64,000 nt of DNA from Anaeromyxobacteraceae bacterium (GTDB lineage: Bacteria > Myxococcota > Myxococcia > Myxococcales > Anaeromyxobacteraceae): positions 2,176,001 through 2,240,000 of the forward strand of contig JASGHJ010000002.1 of the NCBI GenBank assembly GCA_047602405.1, in the 5' to 3' direction. The notes under the pieces were generated by a model. That model did no database searches. It saw only the letters and a program-made list of their open reading frames with translations, and was not told where the DNA came from. Position 1 is the stretch's first letter. Each line of letters starts with the position of its first letter. The position numbers and the translations under genes are program-made. Positions 9,842 to 23,668 of this stretch are shown one piece after another.

Positions 9842-11044
9842 GTGACCTACGTCTCGGCCGAGGAGCTGCTTCCTGGAGACCCCGCCGGCGCGATCCTGCT
9901 CGAGGCCGCCGCCGGCATCGCGGGAGCGCACGAGCTCGAGCGCCTCACCGAGATCGTGCGGCGGAGCGCCCGCGCCCTCCTCGGGGCGGACGGCGTCACC
10001 TTCGTCCTGCGCGAGGGCGGGTCCGTCCACTACGCCGACGAGGACGCCATCGCGCCGCTCTGGAAGGGGCGCCGGTTCCCGGTGGACGCCTGCGTGTCCG
10101 GCTGGGCGATGCTCCACGCGACCCCCGTGGTGATCCCGGACGTGTTCGCGGACGACCGGGTCCCCCACGATCTCTACCGGCCCACCTTCGTGCGGAGCCT
10201 GGTCATGGTGCCGGTCCGGCCCGAGGCGCCGGTGGCCGCCATCGGCGCGTACTGGGCGGTGCGCCGGCAGCCCACGGCGCGCGAGGTGCAGCTCCTCGAG
10301 GCGCTCGCGGCCCTCTCGTCGACGGCGCTCGCGAACCTCGCGCTCGAGGCGGAGCTCCGCCACGCGCTCGCGGCCCGGGACGAGCTCATCGACGTCGCCT
10401 CGCACGAGCTCCGCACGCCGCTCTCCGCGCTGCGCCTGCAGGTGGATCGCGCCCGCCTCCGCCCCGAGGCGGACCAGGCCGGGCTCCCGTCCGGCTGGCT
10501 CGAGCGCATGGATCGCTCGGTGGGCCGCCTCGACCGCCTGGTGGCGTCCCTCCTCGACGTCTCCCGCCAGCACCGCGAGCCGTTCCACCTCGAGCGCGAG
10601 CCGGTGGACCTGCGGGAGGTCGCCCGCGACGTGGTGGACGCGTTCCAGGGGACGCCCGGCGCCGAGATCGCGCTGTACGCGCCGGCCCCGGTGCACGGCG
10701 CCTTCGACCGGGCGCGCATCGGACAGGTCCTCGAGAACCTCCTCGCGAACGCGGTGAAGTTCGGGCGCGGCCGGCCGGTGGAGCTGCGGCTGGAGGCCCT
10801 GCCCGGAGAGGTCCGGATGACCGTCCGTGACGAGGGCATCGGCATCGCGCTCGAGGACCAGGCCCGGATCTTCGACCGGTTCACGCGCGCGGTCTCCCGC
10901 CGGAGCTACGGCGGGCTCGGGCTCGGGCTGTGGATTGCGCGGCGCGCGGTGGAGGCGCACGGCGGGACCCTCAGCGTCGAGAGCCGCGAGGGCGAGGGCG
11001 CGACGTTCAGGGTCGCGCTGCCGCTCGAGTCCGCGGCCGCCTGA
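9842..11044 (+). CDS. GAF-domain sensor histidine kinase
   Basis: GAF (YADEDAIAPLWKGRRFP..CVSGW), HisKA ASHELRTPL, NLLANAVKF, DEGIGI, GLGLGL. Confidence 0.9.
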   Translation: MTYVSAEELLPGDPAGAILLEAAAGIAGAHELERLTEIVRRSARALLGADGVTFVLREGGSVHYADEDAIAPLWKGRRFPVDACVSGWAMLHATPVVIPDVFADDRVPHDLYRPTFVRSLVMVPVRPEAPVAAIGAYWAVRRQPTAREVQLLEALAALSSTALANLALEAELRHALAARDELIDVASHELRTPLSALRLQVDRARLRPEADQAGLPSGWLERMDRSVGRLDRLVASLLDVSRQHREPFHLEREPVDLREVARDVVDAFQGTPGAEIALYAPAPVHGAFDRARIGQVLENLLANAVKFGRGRPVELRLEALPGEVRMTVRDEGIGIALEDQARIFDRFTRAVSRRSYGGLGLGLWIARRAVEAHGGTLSVESREGEGATFRVALPLESAAA

Positions 11045-11768
11045 CCGCGGCCGCGCCGGCGTGCGCCTTCAGGATCGCCGCCCGGTCACGCGGCGGGAGG
11101 TGCTTCGTGGCCTCGCGCACGGTCAGGCCCGACGCGCGCGCCGCGCGCGGGAGCAGCCAGGCCGCGACCTCGCGCGGACGGCGCCGGGAGGTGTCGCGCA
11201 GGACCCAGCCGATGGCCTTCCGGATGAAGAACTCGCGCTCCTCGAGCATCGGCTCCGCGAGCCGGCCGAAGCGGGCGAGGTCGCCCCTCCCCTCGCGCAG
11301 CGCGAGGAGGAACGCGAGCAGCGCCGAGCGGCGGATCCAGAAGTCCTCGTCCCGGGCCCAGCGATCGAGCGTGCGCTCGAGCCGCGGGAAGCGCTCCACG
11401 AGCGGGCCCGCCACGCTCGCCGCGAGGCTGTCGACGATCGCCCAGGTGTGCGCGTCCCGGAGGTAGCGCTCGAGGACCGCGAGGTCCGCGGCGGCGAGGG
11501 TGTCCTGGTGGGCGTCGAGGAGCTCCACGGCGAGCATGCACCCCTCGTGGATCCCGCGCGCCCAGAGGTCGTCGCAGAGCGCGAGCAGCGCCGCGCGCGG
11601 GAGGTCCGGGTGCGCCCTCCGGTGCGTGCGGGCGACCTTCCGGATCGCGGGCATCGAGGCGCCGAGGTGGATCCGGGAGGACCTGAGGTACCGCTTCTCG
11701 CCCTCCGCGCGCGCGGGCACCGCCACCGCGCGGAGGGCGTCGAGGAGCGCGTCGGCCTGCGTGGGCAT
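11007..11768 (-). CDS. DNA alkylation repair protein (AlkD-like)
   Basis: TWAIVD, W..DEDFWIRRSAL, EFFIRKAIGWVLRD, REATKHL. Confidence 0.85.
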   Translation of the reverse strand: MPTQADALLDALRAVAVPARAEGEKRYLRSSRIHLGASMPAIRKVARTHRRAHPDLPRAALLALCDDLWARGIHEGCMLAVELLDAHQDTLAAADLAVLERYLRDAHTWAIVDSLAASVAGPLVERFPRLERTLDRWARDEDFWIRRSALLAFLLALREGRGDLARFGRLAEPMLEEREFFIRKAIGWVLRDTSRRRPREVAAWLLPRAARASGLTVREATKHLPPRDRAAILKAHAGAAAVRRPRTRAAARP

Positions 11769-11792
11769 GCACGCAGGCTACCGCCGCCGTGG

Positions 11793-13739
11793 CTAATCGG
11801 CCATCGTCGACACGTCGCCCGGATCCTCCCCCATCTCGATGGCCTTCAGGTACCGGCGCATGATCTTCCCGGACCGGGTCTTCGGGAGGGTCTTGCGGAT
11901 CTCGATGTCGGACGGCGTCGCGATCGGGCCGAGGTCCTGGCGGACGTGGTCCTTGAGCGAGGCGATGAGGGCCGGGCCCTGCGGCACGTTGGCCTTGAGC
12001 ACCACGAACGCCTTGATCTTCTCGCCCTTGAGCTGATCCGGCAGGCCGACGACCGCGGACTCCGCGACCGCCGAGTGGCGGAGCAGCGAGGACTCGACGT
12101 CTGCCGTGCCGATGCGGTGGCCGGCCACGTTCATCACGTCGTCGGCGCGGCCCAGCACGGCGAAGTAGCCGTCCTTGTCCTTCACCGCGATGTCACCCGC
12201 CGAGTAGAACCCCGGGATCTGCTTCCAGTAGTGCTCGTAGCGCTTGTGGTCGCCCCAGATCGTCCGGAGCATGTACGGCAGGGGCTTGCGGATCACGAGC
12301 AGGCCGCCGAGCCCGTCGGGCACCGGCTTCCCGGTCGGATCGACGACCGCGACGTCGGCGCCGGGCATGGGCTTGCCGACCTTGCCCGGCCGCGCGTCGA
12401 ACGTGGGCTGGGTGCCGAGCACCGGCGCGGCGATCTCGGTCTGCCACCAGTTGTCGACCACCATGCCGCCCGACTGGCCGACGAGGTGCTTCTGCGCCCA
12501 GTGGTGCGCCTCCGGGTTGAGCGGCTCGCCGGCGCAGGCCACGAGGCGCAGGCGCTTCAGGTCGTAGCGGGCCGGGGCGTCGCCGCCGTGGCTCATCCAC
12601 ATGCGGACCGCGGTGGGCGCGGTGAACATCACGTTCACGCCGTACCGCTCGACGAGCTCCCAGGTGACGTCCGGCGACGGGTAGTCCGGCACGCCCTCGC
12701 GGCAGAACACCGTCGCGCCGACCGAGAGCGGGCCGTAGACGATGAACGAGTGGCCGACGATCCAGCCGATGTCGGAGGTCGACCAGTAGATGTCGTTCTC
12801 GCCGATCTGGTAGAAGGCGCGCGCCAGGTAGGTCGTGCCGACCAGGTAGCCGCCGGTCGCGTGCACGACGCCCTTCGGCTTCCCGGTGGTGCCGGACGTG
12901 TAGAGGATGAAGAGCGGGTCCTCCGCGTCCATCTCCTCCGGCGGGCAGTGGATTGCGTGGCCGTCCTGCACGTCGTAGAAGTCGTGCTCGCGCTCGGACT
13001 CGAACTGGAACGGCGGATCGCCGGGGCGGGAGCCGCGGCGGTGCACGATGACGTGCTCGACGAACACGAGGTCGCGGACCGCCTCGTCGATCGTCGGCTT
13101 CAGCGCGAGCTTCTTGCCGCGGCGGTAGGCGTAGTCGGAGCAGATGATGACCTTCGACTGCGAGTCCTCGAGGCGGCTGCGGAGCGCCTGGGTGCCCATG
13201 CCGGCGAAGACCACCGAGTGGATCGCGCCGATGCGCGCGCACGCGAGCATCGAGATGATGCCCTCCGGCGTGAGCGGCATGTAGATGACGACGCGGTCGC
13301 CCTTCTTCACGCCCAGCTTCTTGAGCGCGTTCGCGAAGCGGTTCACCTCGCGGTAGAGCCGGTTGTACGTGTAGGTGTGCTCCTCGCCGTCCTCGCCGAC
13401 CCAGATCAGCGCGGCCTTGAGGCGGCGCGGGCCGAAGACGTGGCGGTCGATGCAGGAGACCGTGGCGTTGAGCTTGCCGCCGAGGAACCACTGGTGGTTC
13501 GGCGGCTCGAACTGCATCACCTTCGAGAACGGCTTCATCCACTCGACGAGCTTCGCCTTCTCGGCCCAGAACCCGTCGAGATCCTGGGACGCGTGGGCGC
13601 GCTCGATCGCGTCGTTCTGGATGTGCGCCTGCTGCGCGAGCCAGACCGGCGCCGGGATCGTGTTCTCGTCCTTGGAGAGCGCGTCGATGGCCGCGCGCTG
13701 CGCCTCGGTCAGGTCGAACTTCTCGGGGGCCTCTGCCAT
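11793..13739 (-). CDS. acs: Acetate--CoA ligase (AMP-forming acetyl-CoA synthetase)
   Basis: LYTSGTTGKPKG, DNWWQTE, GRADDVMNVAGHRIGT, PKTRSGKIMRR; ATG 13739 after GAGG. Confidence 0.93.
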   Translation of the reverse strand: MAEAPEKFDLTEAQRAAIDALSKDENTIPAPVWLAQQAHIQNDAIERAHASQDLDGFWAEKAKLVEWMKPFSKVMQFEPPNHQWFLGGKLNATVSCIDRHVFGPRRLKAALIWVGEDGEEHTYTYNRLYREVNRFANALKKLGVKKGDRVVIYMPLTPEGIISMLACARIGAIHSVVFAGMGTQALRSRLEDSQSKVIICSDYAYRRGKKLALKPTIDEAVRDLVFVEHVIVHRRGSRPGDPPFQFESEREHDFYDVQDGHAIHCPPEEMDAEDPLFILYTSGTTGKPKGVVHATGGYLVGTTYLARAFYQIGENDIYWSTSDIGWIVGHSFIVYGPLSVGATVFCREGVPDYPSPDVTWELVERYGVNVMFTAPTAVRMWMSHGGDAPARYDLKRLRLVACAGEPLNPEAHHWAQKHLVGQSGGMVVDNWWQTEIAAPVLGTQPTFDARPGKVGKPMPGADVAVVDPTGKPVPDGLGGLLVIRKPLPYMLRTIWGDHKRYEHYWKQIPGFYSAGDIAVKDKDGYFAVLGRADDVMNVAGHRIGTADVESSLLRHSAVAESAVVGLPDQLKGEKIKAFVVLKANVPQGPALIASLKDHVRQDLGPIATPSDIEIRKTLPKTRSGKIMRRYLKAIEMGEDPGDVSTMAD

Positions 13740-13896
13740 TGCGAGCACCTCGGGGAGCGAAGGCTGCAGGTCGCCGCGCGGCGAGCGAGACGACCGATGG
13801 GACGGCGGGTGGACTCCGCATGCTAGCGCAGCCCGCGCGGGACGGCGCACCCATTCGTGAGCGGCGCAGCGCGTCACCCAGACATGTCGAGGGGAT

Positions 13897-16345
13897 TCAG
13901 CGCCCGCCGGTGTCCGGGTCGTACCCCGACCGGAGGAGGAGCGTCTTCTCGTCGAACCAGAGCCGCCGCGCGAGCTTGCGCAGCGTCTCGACGTCGAGGG
14001 TCACCGCCCCCGCCCCCGTCCAGTCCCACAGCCGGTTCTGCGCCGACCAGAGATTCGAGCCAGAGCCCGAGCTTCGCCGCGAGGTCGAGGACGCCCACGA
14101 GCTCCTCCGCCCGGGCCCCCGGCGAGCGCCCCTGGACGAGCGCCTCCATGCGCCGGTTCACGAGCAGCTCCGCGTCGCGCCGCACCGGCACGAGGTGGAG
14201 GTGGGCGCCCAGCTTGCGCGCGAGCTCGACGGCCTGCACGAGCGCGCGCTCGGCCTCCGCGACCTCGACGTGGCCGGCGAGCGCGCGGTTGATCACCTCG
14301 AGCAGCCGGTGCGTGAGCGTCACGTCGGCCGACACGCGCAGCGGCGGCGGGATCGGCGAGTCGATCTCGCGCAGGAACTCCATGAGGCGCCGGTGGTCCT
14401 CGAAGATCTCGAGGTGGTGCGCCTCGTGCCGGCGCATCGTGCCGGCGAGGAGCAGCTCCGCCACGCGGCGGCGCTCGTCGAGGAAGAGGTCCCGCAGCTC
14501 GTAGTCCTTGCCGGGGAAGAAGCGGTCCACCTGACGCAGGAGCTGGGCGAGCGAGAGCTGCGCGACGCCGTCGACGAGCGCGGCCTCGATCTCGGCGTGG
14601 CGCGCCGGCCCCGGGTACGGCAGGAGCCCGCAGCGGAAGTCGGCGGCGCCGAAGTGGAGCACCGCGCAGAGCGCGTCGAGCACCTCGCCGGTGAAGCGGC
14701 TCTCGAGCCGCACGCGCGCGAGCGCGAGCCCGATGGGGCCCGCCTTCACCGAGCGGCGGTTCTCGAGCCGGTACCCGTAGCAGAACACCGAGCCCTCGCC
14801 CGGCGTGTCGCGGACCACCGAGGTGATGGCGAGGTGCGCGCCGACGCCCTCGAGCGTCACCACGCTCGGCCTCACGAGCCGCCGCCAGACCTCGCCGCCG
14901 TCGCCGATCTCCGGCACGTTGGAGGGCGCGCGCCTCAGCGCCTCCTCGAACCGCTCGGCGAGCCCCGTCGCGCCGAGCTCGCCGGCGAGCTGCAGGGCCC
15001 GCGCGGCGTACTTCAGCACCTGGGCGGTCTCGATCCCGGAGATCTCGGCGAAGAACCAGCCGCAGCTCGTGAACATGAGGAGCGCGTGGCGTTGCAGCTC
15101 GAGGAGCCGCAGCGCCTTCACCCGCTCCTCCCGCGAGAGCGCCCTCCCCGCCTCGCGCGCGAGGAAGCGGTCCGCCTCCCGCCGCGCGGGGTCGAGCACC
15201 ACCTCGGCGTAGCGGTCGCGCGCGCCCCAGGGATCGGCGAGGAGCCCCGCCGCCTCGCGCTCGTACAGCGCGGCGACCTCGTCGCGCAGGCCCGCGAGCG
15301 CGTCGCGGAGCGGCCCGCGCCAGGCCTGGCTCCAGCCCGGGCGGCCGCCGACCTCGCAGCCGCAGTTGCTCCGCCACCGCTCGATGCCGTGCGCGCAGCT
15401 CCAGGAGGAGCCCTCGAAGATCTCCGCCTCCCACTCGACCGGCACCGCCGTCAGGGCCTGGGCGAGGCCCACCACCTCGATGCCCGAGGTGCGCTCGAGC
15501 TGGCGCAGGCCCGCCGCGAGCCCTTCGTCGCCGCCCTTGCGGTGGTGGCCGAGCGTCTCGCCGTCGAGCGCGACCACCAGCACCTCGTCGTGCCCGCGGC
15601 GCGCGTCGAAGCCGCCCTCGAGGCGCGAGACCAGGCGCTCGCCCGAGGCGAGCGTCTCGCCGAAGGCGAGATCGCGGGCGATGTGCCCGTCGTAGAAGAA
15701 GACCACGAGCTCCCGGCCGCCGGCCCGCACCCGGTACGGCCGGGTCGGGTCGAAGCGCGCCCCGGCCGCGTCCTGCCAGTCGCCGCCCGGCGGCTTCACC
15801 CGGCGCGCCTGCCAGGGAGAGAGCACCGTGAAGCGGATGCCCTCCCCGGCGAGCGCCTCGAGGGTCGGCGAGTCGGCCGCGCACTCCGGCAGCCAGAACC
15901 CCTCCGGCGCGCGCCCGAAGCGGCGCCGGAAGTCGGCGACGCCCCACCGGATCTGCGTGAGCCGGTCGCGGGGCGAGTCGAGCGGGAGGATCGAGTGGCC
16001 GTAGCCCTGGGCGATGGCGTTGCCGTGCCCGGTCCGCGAGAGCGCGAGCTGGTCGGCGGCGAGGATGCGCTGGTAGACGTCCGGCCGGTGGCGCTCCAGC
16101 CACGCGAAGAGCGTCGGGCCGAAGTTGAACGAGAGGTGATCGTAGTTGTTGACGATGTCGACGATGCGGTCCTGGCCGGACTTGAGGCGCGCGGCGCCGT
16201 TCGGCGCGTAGCACTCGACCGTGATCCGGGCGTTCCAGTCGTGGAAGTCGCCGGCGGAGTCCTGGACCTCGATCTCGTCGATCCAGGGGTTCTCGCGGGG
16301 CGGCTGGTAGAAGTGCCCGTGCAGGCAGAGCAGGCGTCGCGTCAT
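13897..16345 (-). CDS. GH57-family glycoside hydrolase with DUF3536-type C-terminal region; one frameshift at ~14054
   Basis: HGHFYQPPRENPW, GFWLPE, DGETLGHH, SSWSCAHGIERW, MFTSCGWFF. Removing one base at GATTC 14052-14056 restores DLWSAQNRLW...GGR*. Confidence 0.87.
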
Positions 16346-16371
16346 CGAACCCACGATGTTAGTAGATCGGC

Positions 16372-17163
16372 ATGCGCGTCGCCCTCACGATCGCCGGATC
16401 CGACTCCGGGGGAGGTGCCGGGATCCAGGCAGACCTCCGCACGTTCGCTGCGCACCTCGTTCACGGGACGTCCGCCGTCACCGCGGTGACCGCCCAGAAC
16501 TCGGTGGGGGTCACCGGGTGGGCCCCCATCGAGCCGGGCCTCGTGGCCGCGCAGATCGAGGCGGTCGCGACCGACATGCCGGTGGGGGCGACCAAGACCG
16601 GCATGCTCGGGACCGCGGCGGTGGTCGAGGTCGTGGCCGACGCCGCCCGGCGCCTGCGGCTCGGGCCGCTCGTCGTCGACCCGGTGATGGTCGCGAAGAG
16701 CGGGGACCGGCTCATCGATCCCGCGGCCCAGGCCGCCTACGTGGCGAGGCTGTTCCCCCTCGCGGCGCTCGTGACGCCGAACCTGCACGAGGCAGCCGCG
16801 CTCGTGGGACGGCGGGTCGAGGACCTCGCCTCGATGCGCGAGGCGGCCCGGGCGCTCCACGGCATGGGCGCGGCGGCCGTGCTCGTGAAGGGCGGCGCGC
16901 TCCCCGGCGAGACGGTGGACGTGCTGTTCGACGGCCGGACCCTGGTCGAGATCCCCGGACCGCGGGTCGACACCCGCAACGTCCACGGGACCGGCTGCAC
17001 GCTCTCGGCGGCGATCTGCGCCCGGCTCGCGCTCGGCACGCCGCTCGAGGCGGCCGTCCGCGGCGCGAAGGACTACCTCGTGGAGGGGCTCCGCCGGTCC
17101 TACAACGTCGGCAAGGGGCGCGGCCCGGTGCAGCACCTCCACCCGCTCATGGGGAACCGGTGA
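16372..17163 (+). CDS. thiD: Hydroxymethylpyrimidine/phosphomethylpyrimidine kinase
   Basis: [42 protein letters not shown]. Confidence 0.93.
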   Translation: MRVALTIAGSDSGGGAGIQADLRTFAAHLVHGTSAVTAVTAQNSVGVTGWAPIEPGLVAAQIEAVATDMPVGATKTGMLGTAAVVEVVADAARRLRLGPLVVDPVMVAKSGDRLIDPAAQAAYVARLFPLAALVTPNLHEAAALVGRRVEDLASMREAARALHGMGAAAVLVKGGALPGETVDVLFDGRTLVEIPGPRVDTRNVHGTGCTLSAAICARLALGTPLEAAVRGAKDYLVEGLRRSYNVGKGRGPVQHLHPLMGNR

Positions 17164-18119
17164 ACCGCCCGGCCCGCCTCGCCGCGTGCCTCGCCGCGTG
17201 CCTCTCGGCCTGCGCCGGCGCGCGGCCGCACCCCGCGGCCCTCGAGGCCTGCCGCGGCGGCGCGGTGGACCCGGCCGAGCTCTCCGGCCTCGTCGAGGCG
17301 CTCACGACCCGCTTCGCGCCGCGGGACTTCGCCCACCCCGAGAACCTCGATCGCGCCGCGGCCTTCGTCGCCGGCGCGCTGCGGGCGCGGGGCCTCGAGC
17401 CCGTCGAGCAGACCTTCCTCGTGGGCGGCCGGCAGTACCGGAACGTCGTCGCCTCGGTCGGCCCCGCGGGCGGCGAGCGCATCGTGGTCGGCGCGCACTA
17501 CGACTCCGCCGGGGACCAGCCCGGCGCGGACGACGACGCGAGCGGGGTCGCCGGGCTCCTCGAGCTCGCGCGCCTGCTGCGCGCGTCCCCGCCGCCGGTG
17601 GGCGTCGACCTCGTCGCCTACACGCTGGAGGAGCCGCCGAACTTCCGCACCCCGAACATGGGCAGCGCCGTCCACGCCCGCGCGCTCGCCGGGGCCGGCG
17701 TGCCGGTGCGGCTCATGATCTCCCTCGAGATGATCGGCGCCTTCTCCGACGCGGAGGACAGCCAGGACTACCCGGCCGTGATCGGCTGGTTCTACCCGTC
17801 ACGCGGGAACTTCGTGGCGGTCGTGGGGAAGTGGGGCCAGGGCGGCGACGTCCGCGCGACCGCGCGCGCGATGCGCGAGGGGGCGGCGCTGCCGGTCGAG
17901 ACCCTGACCGCGCCGCGCTTCGTGACCGGCGTGGACTTCTCGGATCACCGGTCCTACTGGGACGCCGGGTTCCCGGCGGTGATGATCACCGACACCGCGT
18001 TCTTCCGGAACCCGCGCTACCACACGCCGCTCGACGCCGCCGACACGCTCGACTACGCGCGCATGGCGGAGGTCGTGAAGGGCGCGGCCTGCGCCGTCCA
18101 CGCCGCCGCGCGCCGGTGA
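17160..18119 (+). CDS. M28-family peptidase (lipoprotein-like)
   Basis: VGAHYDS, GADDDASG, LEEPP, LEMIG, SDH, NPRYH; GTGA overlap with thiD. Confidence 0.88.
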   Translation: MNRPARLAACLAACLSACAGARPHPAALEACRGGAVDPAELSGLVEALTTRFAPRDFAHPENLDRAAAFVAGALRARGLEPVEQTFLVGGRQYRNVVASVGPAGGERIVVGAHYDSAGDQPGADDDASGVAGLLELARLLRASPPPVGVDLVAYTLEEPPNFRTPNMGSAVHARALAGAGVPVRLMISLEMIGAFSDAEDSQDYPAVIGWFYPSRGNFVAVVGKWGQGGDVRATARAMREGAALPVETLTAPRFVTGVDFSDHRSYWDAGFPAVMITDTAFFRNPRYHTPLDAADTLDYARMAEVVKGAACAVHAAARR

Positions 18120-18121
18120 TG

Positions 18122-18181
18122 CTGCCGGGGTGGGGCCCCATGGAGCTTTGCTCCATGGGGCGGGGGGCGCCGAGCCCCCCG
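18122..18181. repeat. REP-like repeat family 2 (double hairpin), copy 1
   Basis: ggggtgggg-ccccatggagc ttt gctccatgggg-cggggggc gccga gccccccg; same architecture as 48852-48915; between convergent genes. Confidence 0.75.
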
Positions 18182-18190
18182 GAAGCACAG

Positions 18191-18955
18191 TCAGCGCGTG
18201 TAGCCCATCACCCAGTAGACCACCCGGCCGGTGAGCTCGCGCAGCGCCGCGGTGCTCGCGTTCAGGGCGTCGGCCCGGGGGACGAACGCGTAGCCGAGCA
18301 CCCCCGACGCCCGGTGATCCACGGGCAGGACGTCCGGCGAGAGCCCGACCGCCTTGAAGCAGCCCACGGCCCGGGGCATGTGCCACGCGCTCGTCACGAG
18401 GAGCAGGTTCGTGAGCTGCTGTTCGGCGACGATCCGGGCGGCCTCGATGGCGTTCTCCCGGGTGTTCCGGCTCCGCTCCTCGACGAGGATCCGGTCGGCG
18501 GGCACGCCCCAGGCGACGAGGAGGGCCTCGACCCTCCGCGCGTCGGAGGGCAGCCCCGGGATCGGGTTGATGTCGCCCCCCACCAGGAGGAGCTTCCTCA
18601 CCCGCCCCTGCCGCCAGAGCTCGAGCGCCGTCGTCAGCCGCTCGACGGGGTCGCCGATCTCGGTCTGACCGGACACCGCGGTGGCCGCGCCGTCGAGCGC
18701 GCCCCCGAGCACGAGCGCCGCGTCGTAGACGACCCCGGGCCGCGCCGTCGAGACCACGCCTCGCTCGGCGAGCGCCGAGAGCTTCCCCGCCACGGTGCCC
18801 GTCGAGAAGGCGTAGAGGACGGCGAACGCGAGGACGCCCGCCAGGAGGCCCTTCGCGCCGCGGTTGCGGAGCACCCCGGCGAGGAGGAGGAGGACGAGCG
18901 CCCACGTGATCGGCGCGACCGCGAGATCGAGCACCTTCGAGAGGACGATGAACAC
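18191..18955 (-). CDS. YdcF/ElyC/SanA family (DUF218) protein
   Basis: VLGG, EERSRNTRENA, LVTSAWHMPRA, ELTG. Confidence 0.88.
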   Translation of the reverse strand: MFIVLSKVLDLAVAPITWALVLLLLAGVLRNRGAKGLLAGVLAFAVLYAFSTGTVAGKLSALAERGVVSTARPGVVYDAALVLGGALDGAATAVSGQTEIGDPVERLTTALELWRQGRVRKLLLVGGDINPIPGLPSDARRVEALLVAWGVPADRILVEERSRNTRENAIEAARIVAEQQLTNLLLVTSAWHMPRAVGCFKAVGLSPDVLPVDHRASGVLGYAFVPRADALNASTAALRELTGRVVYWVMGYTR

Positions 18956-19156
18956 GCCCCCGATTCGACCGCATCCCGGGCCCGGGCGCGAGCGGAACGT
19001 CAGGGGCCGGGGCGTGTCCCGCGGGCCAGGGCGGGCGTGTCCAGGCGTCCACGCCCGCTCGAAACCGCTGTGCCGCAGCCCTTCGCGCGCAGGCACGGCG
19101 GCTGCAAAGGAGGGGAGTGACCAGGGAGCCCGACCCCTCCCGGAAAGGAACACCCG

Positions 19157-19402
19157 ATGCGCTTCTACGTCCCCCTCGCCCCCGTCGTCATCCTCGCCGC
19201 CGTCGCCTCCGTCAACGCCTGCTCGAAGCAGGAGGCCGCGTCCGAGCGCCTGCGGGTCGTCCCGCCGCCGGCCGCCGTCTCCGCGGCTCCGACCAAGCCG
19301 ACCGCGCCGGTGCTCGCCGCCGCCCCGGAGCCGAAGCAGACCCCCGACTCGGTCCCGTCGGCCGAGGAGGTCAAGGCCTTCCACAAGCCGGTCGCGAAGT
19401 AG
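19157..19402 (+). CDS. Small Pro/Ala-rich lipoprotein
   Basis: AAGGA RBS, signal peptide with lipobox-like VNAC. Confidence 0.6.
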   Translation: MRFYVPLAPVVILAAVASVNACSKQEAASERLRVVPPPAAVSAAPTKPTAPVLAAAPEPKQTPDSVPSAEEVKAFHKPVAK

Positions 19403-19453
19403 CGGATACGTTGCCCCGGCGCTCGCCGGGGCAAGCCGTATACTCGCGGGGTC

Positions 19454-21544
<2,091 letters not shown>

Positions 21545-21579
21545 CGCGACGGCACCGGAGGCCTCGCATCCGCGCGGGC

Positions 21580-23394
21580 TCAGACCCGCTCGCTGCGCCT
21601 CCTCCCGAACTCGGCGTCCTTCCAGACGACCCCGTTCACGCGGAACTCGACGGCCTCGGGGAAGATGCCGGTGATGGTGGCGAAGCCCTCGTGGACCACG
21701 AAGAGGTGGTGGTAGGCGCAGAGCGGCATGCGGTTCCAGGCATCCTCGGGTCTCCCACGGCTGCGAAACTCGATGTGGTGGCCCTGGCAGCTCCGGCGGC
21801 TGCACCCCGGGAAACAGCAGCGCGGGTACCTCGCGCGCTGCTTCTGGGAGACGGTCTTCGGCTTCGTGCGCTCGTTGCACCAGGCCTGGATGAAGTGGCG
21901 GGCGAGCTCGGCGAGGAAGGCACCGTCGAGGCGCAGGTCCTCGAGGGCGGTGTCCGGCTCGGGAGGCACCCGCTTCATCAAGGATACCTCGAACGCCTGC
22001 TCGAGGAGGACCGCGACGCTCCGCGGCACCCGCGCCTCGAAGATCTTCAGCGCAGACATCTGCGCGTCGAGCTTCCCCTGGACGACCTCCTTGAGCTCGA
22101 TGACGGTCAGCTTCTCTGCTTTCTGGGCCATCTGGAGGAGATCGACCTGGGGCACCTCCTTCAGGAGAGGAGCTTCGAGTAGGTGAGCCCCATCTCTTTC
22201 GCGACCCGGAGCTCCGGCTTCTCCCAGAGGTGCTTCTCGAGCGCCGCTCGGGTCTCGATGGTCCGGGCAGGGACGCCCAACCGCTCGGTGGCGTAGTGAC
22301 GAAAATCGACGAACCCCGCCTCGCGGTGCGTGTGCCATGAGCTCATCGTCGGTGGCGTGGGCGTAGGGATCGAGCTCGAGCGCCTGAACCGCGTGGACGG
22401 GATCGAGGTACTCCCAGGAGGAGGTCTCGCGCTCGAGCTTCGCCTCGGCCGCGTCGCGCTTCGTCTGGATGTCGAGCGGGTCGAGCCGCCGCTCGACGGT
22501 CCGCTCCGCCTCGCGGGCGACCCACTCGGCACCGGGGTTCTCGGACAGGTATTCCTGCGCGAGCGCCTCGAGCTGGACGTGGCGGTGCGAGCTCTCGACG
22601 AGCTCGCCGGCGAGCGCGAGGCCCGTGCAGAGGTCCGCGCGGTCTTCGTCCGAGATCGGCACGCGGAGCAGCACCCACGGCTCCTCGTCGGCCTCCGCCT
22701 TCTCGGCTGCGGCGTCCGGCCCAGGGAGCGACTTCCTCTCCTTCAGGGCCTCCCTCACGAGCTGCCTGAGCTTCCGGACCGGCAGCTCCTTCGCGCGCTC
22801 GACCCAGCGCTCCTCGTCTTCTCCGATGGCAACCGGCAGCACCTCCAGCGCCGCCGACGGACTCACGACCCCCTCGTACGCCGCGGCCTTCAGGAGAAGC
22901 CTGTCCCGCAGCGCCCGCGCGAGCTGCGCCGCGACCTGCGCCGAGCGCCGCCGCACGCCGAGGAGGTTCTCCGTGAAGTCGCCGAGGTTCGAGAAGCCCA
23001 GCCGGCCGAGCCGATGACCTTCGGTGAATTCCGCGAAGAGTTCCCCCAGAGAGAGCTCGAGCGCGCTCCGCATGCGGGCGGCCTGCGCGAGCGCGCGCTC
23101 GAACTTCTCCGTACCGCCCTCCCCGCGGAGCACCATCTCCCTGAGCTCCAGCATCGTGAACGACGGGTACTCCCAGCGCGGCGCGCGCAGATCCCGGCGA
23201 TCGCCCAGCGGGTCGCGGCGGGCGAGGTCGCTCGAGGGTGCGCCGCCAGAGGCGCCGTCGCTCGCGGCCGCACCCGTCGACTCGGCACCCGGAGTGAACT
23301 CCGGGGGCGTCGTCGCGATGAGCTCACTGGCCGCGAACGCGTCCACGCCCGCGATCCTGCCACCCCGGTCTGACGGTGAGCACGCACGATCCAC
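21580..23394 (-). pseudogene. DUF222-like/HNH endonuclease gene, apparently disrupted
   Basis: C-terminal RCCFPGC...HHIEFRS..N...LCAYHH...H HNH motif. The middle repeat (HREAGFVDFRHYATERLG) lies in another frame (22161..22532). Atypical codon usage; true start uncertain. Confidence 0.7.
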
Positions 23395-23668
23395 CTGGGG
23401 CTCAGGGCTGATCTGAGGATCGGGACCGTCCGATCCGCGGACCTACCGGACGTTCCGCGGACCCTCCTCCTTGGCGTCCCCGTGACGGCCGCACGGGAGG
23501 CCGGCGAGCGGCAGAGGTGGCTGCCCGAGCGGAACGCTGCGCGACCCCGGGGGAGTCTTCGCGAGAGGGGGTCCTGCGGCGGTGTACCTGCGAGCCCGCC
23601 GCCGGGTCGATTGGCGCGTCCGCGAGTGCATCGAAGCCGGCCATTCAGGAGCGGGGTAGACTGCGGCC

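Noticed and set aside
16346..16371. TPP riboswitch upstream of thiD
   Set aside because: Only ~26 nt separate the divergent GH57 and thiD starts; no TPP consensus.
23434..23464. Direct repeat TCCGCGGACC x2
   Set aside because: Only two 10-bp GC-rich copies; could be chance, no supporting context.
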